Shown here in pieces: positions 27,196 through 32,338 of a stretch of 32,338 nt of DNA. A model generated the notes under the pieces. It did no database searches. It worked only from the letters and a program-made list of their open reading frames with translations, and was not told the origin of the DNA. The DNA is from Betaproteobacteria bacterium (GTDB taxonomy: Bacteria; Pseudomonadota; Gammaproteobacteria; Burkholderiales; SG8-41). A program made the translations under genes and the position numbers. The stretch is from NCBI GenBank assembly GCA_043759115.1, contig JAYVME010000521.1:1-32338 (forward strand), in the 5' to 3' direction. Numbering within the stretch: position 1 is the stretch's first letter; each line of letters starts with the position of its first letter.

Positions 27196-28077
27196 CTACT
27201 TGAGCAGCCCCGCCTCGCGCGCCGCCGACTCGATCCCCTTGTAATTATCCGGGTTGCTGGTTATGAACTTGCTTGCCCTCTGCAAATCCAGGATCTCCTT
27301 GTGCGCCGCATTCCTGGCATCGAGCGCCAGGAACGCGTTGGTGAGTTTCTTGACCAGCGCCGGGTCGAGATCGCCGCGCACCGTCCAGTTGTAGTCAAAA
27401 TAGGGCGGCGTGGTGTAAATCACCTTGATCTTGCTGGTATCAATTTTCTTCTCCTGCACCAGCTTTTCCCATACCGAGGCGTTAAGCACGCCTGCATCGA
27501 CCTTGCCCGACTCAACTTGCAGCGCGGTGGCATCATGGGCGCCGGAATAGGCGACACGTTTGAAATCTTTCTCGGGAATAAGTTTGTTCCGCATCAGGAA
27601 ATAACGCGGCATGAGACTGCCGGACGTCGAGGATACGGATCCGAAGGTAAAGGTCTTGCCTTTGAGATCCCCCAGCGTATTGATGCCGCTCGCGGAATTC
27701 GCAATGAATTTGCTGGTAAAGACCCGGTCTTCCTCGCGCTGGATGATCGGGTTGGCGTTACCGGTGCGCAACCGCGCCTGCACGAAGGTAAATCCACCCA
27801 GCCAAGCCATGTCCAGTTTCTTTGCGGCGAGCCCTTCGACCACTGCCGCATAATCGCTGACCGGAATGAATTCAACTTTCATCCCGATCGCGGCCTCCAG
27901 ATAGTTGCCCAGCGGGGAAAATTTGCGCTGCAACTCGGTGGGCGCCTCGTCGGGTATCGCGGAAACCTTAAGCCCGGATTGCGCGCAGGCCGGCACCGGC
28001 AAGGACGCGATGCACAACACAGTCGCGGCGACCAGCAAGTGGCAGGCCATACGAACGGGATTACATCTATTATTCAT
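27196..28077 (-). CDS. phnD: PhnD-family periplasmic substrate-binding protein (phosphonate/phosphite/phosphate or other oxyanion; substrate not assignable)
   Basis: AAGGAAG RBS. Signal peptide ends ...PVPACA/QSG. Blocks are LKVSAIPDE, LDMAWLGGFTFV, KGKTFTFGSVSSTSG and HDATALQVESGKVDAG. Confidence 0.8.
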   Translation of the reverse strand: MNNRCNPVRMACHLLVAATVLCIASLPVPACAQSGLKVSAIPDEAPTELQRKFSPLGNYLEAAIGMKVEFIPVSDYAAVVEGLAAKKLDMAWLGGFTFVQARLRTGNANPIIQREEDRVFTSKFIANSASGINTLGDLKGKTFTFGSVSSTSGSLMPRYFLMRNKLIPEKDFKRVAYSGAHDATALQVESGKVDAGVLNASVWEKLVQEKKIDTSKIKVIYTTPPYFDYNWTVRGDLDPALVKKLTNAFLALDARNAAHKEILDLQRASKFITSNPDNYKGIESAAREAGLLK

Positions 28078-28267
28078 GGCAGCTTCCTTTTATTGAGCTA
28101 ACGATGCGCTGGAAAGGTCGGCCACGTGCACGACTCAACGACGCACGCACAACGCTATTCAGAACCATTTTTAACCGATCGAAATCAGCCGCCTGAACAC
28201 CCTCAAAAACCACCCCGCTCAGACTCATACCTCGATTGGAATGTACTGCGGGCAGGGTTCGCCGCGC

Positions 28268-29815
28268 CTACGCCGCCCCGCGTTGCATAAAATCGCGCAC
28301 GCGAAAACCGAGCAGCCATAAGGTTGCAAAATAAACCGCCGCGCCGAGCAACACGATGCCCGTGAGGCGCACTACTTTGGTCACCGCGCTTGCCGCGAGC
28401 CACGCTTCCGCGCCGCCGGCTGCAAACCACAGGCACAGGCCCATGGCGCCGATCGCGAGCGCGATTTTCAGCGCGAATCCACTCCAGCCCGGCTGCGGGG
28501 TATAGATGTTCTGCTGTCGCAGCTTGTAATACAGCAAACCCGCATTGAGACATGCACCGAGCCCGATCGCCAGCGCGAGTCCGGCGTGCTGAAGTTGCCA
28601 CACGAACGCGAAGTTCATCGCCTGCGTCGCGAGCAGGGAAACAATGGCGATCCTGACCGGCGTCCTGATGTTCTGGCGCGCATAGAAACCCGGCGCCAGC
28701 ACTTTGACCATAATAAGTCCGAGCAGGCCCACGCTGTAGGCAACGAGCGCATTGCGCGTCATCAGCACGTCATGCGCTGAAAACTGGCCGTAATGAAAAA
28801 GCGTCGCGATCAATGGCACGGCGAGTATCGCCAGCGCGAATGCCGCCGGCAGCGCAAGCATCAGCGTAAGACGCAGCCCCCAATCGAGCAGCTTTGAGTA
28901 TTCGCCGGGCGATTGATCGGAATAATGCCTGGCGAGACTGGGCAGCAGGATGGTGCCGAGCGCAACACCGAGCAACCCGGTCGGAAACTCCATCAGCCGG
29001 TCGGCGTAATACAGCCACGACACGCTGCCGGTCACTAGGAATGATGCAAAAATCGTGTTGATCAGGAGGCTCAGCTGACCGATCGAAACGCCGAACACCG
29101 CGGGCCCCATCTGCTTCATCACGCGCCACACACCGGCATCTTTGAAATTCAGCCTGAAGCGCGGCAACATCCTCAGCCGCAGCAGGAACGGCACCTGCAA
29201 CGCGAGTTGCAATATGCCGCCGAAAAAAACCGCCCACGCGAGCGCCTTTACCGGCGGGTCGAAATACGGCGCCGCCCACAGCGCGAAGCCGATGAATGTC
29301 AGATTAAGCAATGCCGGTGTGAGCGCCGGCACCGAAAACCGGCTATAGGTGTTGAGGATGCCGCCGGCCAGCGACACCAGCGAGATAAAAAATATGTAGG
29401 GAAACGTCACGCGCAAGAGGTCCACGGTGAGCGCGAATTTCGCCGGCACCGCGTGAAATCCCGGCGCGCTCACATACACGATCAAGGGTGCGGCGGCGAC
29501 GCCGATCAACGTCACCACGAACAGCGCCAGCGCCAGCAGCCCGGACACATGATCGACCAGCAGGCGCGTATCCGTCTCGCCGCGCCGGTTTTTGTATTCG
29601 GCGAGTATGGGAACAAACGCCTGCGCGAACGCGCCTTCGGCAAACAGCCGCCGCAAGAGGTTCGGAATCTTGAACGCGACAAAAAACGCGTCCGTGGCGA
29701 CCCCCGCGCCGAACGCGCGCGCCACGACCGTGTCGCGGATAAAGCCGAGCATGCGCGACAGCAGCGTCATGCTGCTGACGGCCGCGAGCGCTTTTAATAA
29801 ATTCGTGGGCTTCAT
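28268..29815 (-). CDS. murJ: Lipid II flippase MurJ (MviN)
   Basis: [51 protein letters not shown]. 515 aa polytopic protein. Divergent from rpsT, as in many proteobacteria. Confidence 0.95.
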   Translation of the reverse strand: MKPTNLLKALAAVSSMTLLSRMLGFIRDTVVARAFGAGVATDAFFVAFKIPNLLRRLFAEGAFAQAFVPILAEYKNRRGETDTRLLVDHVSGLLALALFVVTLIGVAAAPLIVYVSAPGFHAVPAKFALTVDLLRVTFPYIFFISLVSLAGGILNTYSRFSVPALTPALLNLTFIGFALWAAPYFDPPVKALAWAVFFGGILQLALQVPFLLRLRMLPRFRLNFKDAGVWRVMKQMGPAVFGVSIGQLSLLINTIFASFLVTGSVSWLYYADRLMEFPTGLLGVALGTILLPSLARHYSDQSPGEYSKLLDWGLRLTLMLALPAAFALAILAVPLIATLFHYGQFSAHDVLMTRNALVAYSVGLLGLIMVKVLAPGFYARQNIRTPVRIAIVSLLATQAMNFAFVWQLQHAGLALAIGLGACLNAGLLYYKLRQQNIYTPQPGWSGFALKIALAIGAMGLCLWFAAGGAEAWLAASAVTKVVRLTGIVLLGAAVYFATLWLLGFRVRDFMQRGAA

Positions 29816-29929
29816 GGGCTATCAGGCAGAGGGAATATCGCCGGGCTAAACCAGTGATTCTTCTTGCTAAACGCGCGGAACGCTCGTATCATAGCGCCCT
29901 TTTTCACCACCGGTTTGTGGAGTCACAAT

Positions 29930-30193
29930 ATGGCCAATATAGCATCCGCCCGCAAAGCGGCGCGTCAAAGCGAAAAACGCCGCGTGCACAATGCGAGCCA
30001 GCGCTCGGAGTTGCGCAGCGCAATCAAACGCGTCAGGAAGGCGATCGAAGCCGGCGACAAGGCTGCGGCGCGCGTGGTCCTGCGCGATTCGACGAAAGTG
30101 CTCGATTCGATCGCCGACAAGCGAATCATTCACAAGAACAAAGCCTCGCGACACAAAAGCCGCCTGTCCGCCGCCATCAGGGCGATGGCTTAA
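29930..30193 (+). CDS. rpsT: 30S ribosomal protein S20
   Basis: ORF 29864..30193 trimmed to the Met at 29930 (GGAG RBS). [35 protein letters not shown]... 87 aa. Confidence 0.95.
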   Translation: MANIASARKAARQSEKRRVHNASQRSELRSAIKRVRKAIEAGDKAAARVVLRDSTKVLDSIADKRIIHKNKASRHKSRLSAAIRAMA

Positions 30194-30236
30194 ACGTCCC
30201 CGCCCGCTTGTGCCGGCGGTGCCGGCGCGGGTGCCG

Positions 30237-30479
30237 TTACCCGGGCGCCCGTTTCCGCCCCGCGCGAAACGTCAATTCGTTATCGCGCGCTAAATCCGAC
30301 AGAAAATAGTAGAGAACCGGAGCGCTGCGTTCCAGCGCGCGGCCGACGACGACGCAGCGCACGCGCGCCGCTATCACCGGCTTAAAGATATGGCGATAAA
30401 GCGAGGTGCCGGTCGTCGCCGAACCGGCACAGCATGCTGCCGCGTCCAGTCGCCGGGATGGAACGCGCGGCCGACGCAT
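30237..30479 (-). CDS. Hypothetical small protein (doubtful)
   Basis: This is the only sizeable ORF in the 397-bp rpsT-argD gap. Third-position G/C appears high by eye. It has no recognisable motif and no clear RBS. Confidence 0.2.
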   Translation of the reverse strand: MRRPRVPSRRLDAAACCAGSATTGTSLYRHIFKPVIAARVRCVVVGRALERSAPVLYYFLSDLARDNELTFRAGRKRAPG

Positions 30480-30546
30480 TCAAAATTTCACTTGCGTCTG
30501 GAGGGGTGTTTGGATAAATATAGCTACTGGAGTGACGGGAAATAAC

Positions 30547-30566
30547 ACGGCGGCGGCAGCCGCCGT
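30547..30566 (+). other. GC hairpin 25 nt upstream of the argD start
   Basis: ACGGCGGC-ggca-GCCGCCGT (8-bp stem) is followed by ATTGCTTTTAGG. It could be a weak terminator for upstream transcription or a leader structure. Function unknown. Confidence 0.3.
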
Positions 30567-30590
30567 ATTGCTTTTAGGGGCGGATTTTTC

Positions 30591-31796
30591 ATGTCGCACG
30601 TAATGAACACTTATAAACGGCTGCCCGTCGCCTTCGAGCGCGGCGAAGGCTGCTGGGTATGGGACAAACAGGGCAAACGCTATCTCGACGCGCTGGCGGG
30701 CATCGCCGTGGTCGGCATCGGCCATAGCCACCCCAAGTTCGTGCAAGCACTCACCGCGCAAGCCGCCAAACTCATCCACACGTCGAACATCTACGAAATC
30801 GAGCATCAGGAAGCGCTCGGCGCCCGGCTCGCCGCAATCTCGGGGATGGACGAAGTATTCTTCTGCAACTCCGGTTGCGAAGCCAACGAGGCGGCAATCA
30901 AAATAGCCCGCCTCTACGGCCACCACAAAGGCATCGAGATGCCGGCGATCATCGTCATGGAAAAAGCGTTCCATGGCCGCACCATTGCAACACTCTCGGC
31001 GACCGGCAGCCGCAAGGTACAGGCGGGCTTCGAACCGCTGGTGCCCGGATTTGCACGCGTGCCGTTCGACGATCTCGCGGCGGTGAAGAAAGTCGCCGAG
31101 AACAACCACAACGTCGTCGCCGTGCTGGTCGAGCTGATACAGGGCGAAGGCGGCATCAACATCTGTCACCCCGACTATCTGCACGGCCTGCGCGAAATCT
31201 GCGACGCTAATGGCTGGCTTTTGATGCTCGACGAAGTGCAAAGCGGCGTCGGCCGCACCGGCAAGTGGTTCGCGTTCCAGCATTCCGGCGTCAGACCGGA
31301 TGTGATGACGCTCGCCAAAGGGCTGGCCTCCGGCGTACCGGTCGGCGCGTGTCTGGCGGCGGGTCCGGCGGCGGGCGTTTTCAAGCCCGGCAACCACGGG
31401 TCGACGTTCGGCGGCAATCCACTCGCATGCGCCGCGGCGCTGTCCACACTCGACATCATCGAACACGACAAGCTGATGGCCAACGCCGTCGCAATGGGCG
31501 ACATTATCGCAGACGGCTTTCGCACCGCGCTGAAAGGCGTGGCGGGCGTGCGCGAGATCCGCAATAAAGGCCTGATGCTGGGCATCGAACTCGATTACCC
31601 GTGCGACGAGCTCGTGAAAATCGCGCTCGCCGCCGGCCTCCTGATCAACGTCACTAACGACAATGTGATACGGCTCTTGCCGCCGCTCATCATCGAGCGC
31701 GATGAAGCGGCGCAACTCATCAGTATGCTGTTCCCGCTGATTACGGATTTCCTCGCCCGCAGCTCTGCCGCCCGGCCCGCCGCGCAGACCGCTTAA
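30591..31796 (+). CDS. argD: Acetylornithine aminotransferase (class III PLP aminotransferase)
   Basis: MSHVMNTYKRLPVAFERGEGCWVWD, FFCNSGCEANEAAIK, LMLDEVQSGVGRTGKWFA, and the PLP lysine in DVMTLAKGL. It is followed by argF. Confidence 0.92.
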   Translation: MSHVMNTYKRLPVAFERGEGCWVWDKQGKRYLDALAGIAVVGIGHSHPKFVQALTAQAAKLIHTSNIYEIEHQEALGARLAAISGMDEVFFCNSGCEANEAAIKIARLYGHHKGIEMPAIIVMEKAFHGRTIATLSATGSRKVQAGFEPLVPGFARVPFDDLAAVKKVAENNHNVVAVLVELIQGEGGINICHPDYLHGLREICDANGWLLMLDEVQSGVGRTGKWFAFQHSGVRPDVMTLAKGLASGVPVGACLAAGPAAGVFKPGNHGSTFGGNPLACAAALSTLDIIEHDKLMANAVAMGDIIADGFRTALKGVAGVREIRNKGLMLGIELDYPCDELVKIALAAGLLINVTNDNVIRLLPPLIIERDEAAQLISMLFPLITDFLARSSAARPAAQTA

Positions 31797-31820
31797 GCGG
31801 TCTGCCGCGTCATTGCTGCC

Positions 31821-32338
31821 ATGGAACTCCGTCATTACCTTCAGTTCAAGGATTTTACCCTCGACGAGTACGAGTACCTGTTCGCGCGCACACGCTGGAT
31901 CAAGGACAAGTTCAAGCGCTACGAGCCGTACCGGCCGCTGGTCGATCGCACGCTCGCCATGGTGTTCGAGAAGCACTCGACGCGCACGCGCGTGTCGTTC
32001 GAAGCCGGCTTCAACCAACTCGGCGGCTCGGTCATCACGCTGATGACGCGCGACACGCAGATGGGCCGCGGCGAGCCACTCGAGGACGTCGCGCGGGTGA
32101 TCTCGCGCATGGTCGACATCGTCATGATCCGCACCTTCGAACAGACCATCATCGAGCGTTTCTCCTCGAACTCGCGGGTGCCGGTGATCAACGGCCTCAC
32201 CAATGAATACCATCCGTGCCAGATCATGGGCGACATCTTCACCTACATCGAGCACCGCGGTTCGATCCGCGGCAAGACGGTCACCTGGATCGGCGACTCG
32301 AACAACGTGTGCAACACATGGCTGCAGGCGGCAACGAT
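31821..32338 (+). CDS. argF: Ornithine carbamoyltransferase (5' part; runs off the window)
   Basis: Open frame from the ATG at 31821, absent from the ORF track because no stop falls in the window. MELRHYLQFKDFTLDEYEYLF...LAMVFEKHSTRTRVSFEAG...MGRGEPLEDVARVISRMVD...INGLTNEYHPCQIM. The STRTR and HPCQ motifs are diagnostic. Confidence 0.9.
   Translation, partial: MELRHYLQFKDFTLDEYEYLFARTRWIKDKFKRYEPYRPLVDRTLAMVFEKHSTRTRVSFEAGFNQLGGSVITLMTRDTQMGRGEPLEDVARVISRMVDIVMIRTFEQTIIERFSSNSRVPVINGLTNEYHPCQIMGDIFTYIEHRGSIRGKTVTWIGDSNNVCNTWLQAAT

Noticed and set aside
16092-28101. Long plus-strand ORFs opposite ispH (16092..16829), ileS (19230..20120), ribF (20149..20883), cysI (21685..22476, 22768..23403) and phnC/phnD (26920..28101)
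   Set aside because: These are shadow ORFs antisense to confidently identified housekeeping genes. Their composition is typical of the reverse frame of GC3-rich genes.
30478-30500. ARG-box-like sequence (CATTCAAAATTTCAC) upstream of argD
   Set aside because: The half-sites are direct (TTCA...TTCA) rather than the palindromic TGAAT-N4-ATTCA of ArgR operators, and it lies ~100 nt upstream of the start. This is not convincing.
30480-32255. 591-aa ORF on the minus strand, the second longest in the right-hand part of the window
   Set aside because: It lies exactly antisense to argD and argF, both of which have diagnostic motifs. Its product is Arg/Ala/Asp/His-rich with no recognisable family blocks. 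This is the classic shadow ORF of GC-rich DNA.
1-32338. Scan for CRISPR arrays, IS elements/terminal inverted repeats, rRNA genes, riboswitches, toxin-antitoxin pairs or known defence-system genes
   Set aside because: None was found by eye. There are no regularly spaced repeats longer than the two short tandem duplications reported, no transposase/integrase-like ORFs, and every substantial ORF is accounted for by the calls above.

Overview
This is a visibly GC-rich chromosomal segment of a Gram-negative proteobacterium. Gene content and order suggest a betaproteobacterium: Bug/TctC-family receptors, ribF-ileS-lspA-ispH, divergent murJ/rpsT, argD-argF, and cysI-DUF934 with a divergent cysB. 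The taxon cannot be fixed from this window. All family assignments come from motifs read by eye, with no database search. I call 26 protein-coding genes (one partial), one doubtful small ORF, one tRNA-Thr(CGU), two clear gene remnants and one possible remnant. Most of the window is housekeeping. The accessory-looking part is about 6.19-15.68 kb. It holds a translationally coupled type IV pilus minor-pilin operon (pilE-like, fimT/gspH-like, pilV, pilW, pilX) ending in a 2011-aa PilY1-family protein. The vWA domain of that protein is interrupted by a ~760-residue insertion containing a 21-cysteine module, and its MIDAS metal-site residues are replaced. Other observations: an HtrA/DegP-like PDZ protein with all three catalytic-triad positions substituted; an SDR with TxxxR instead of YxxxK; a collapsed Bug-family remnant; a 3'-truncated cobA/cysG remnant where the cysI-DUF934 unit abuts the ribF promoter; a PhnCDE-type ABC transporter in a sulfur-assimilation neighbourhood; and an Irr-like Fur regulator with a Pro/Arg-rich tail. 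I saw no CRISPR array, transposase, integrase, toxin-antitoxin pair or recognisable defence genes. Many long ORFs in the supplied track are antisense shadow ORFs typical of GC-rich DNA.
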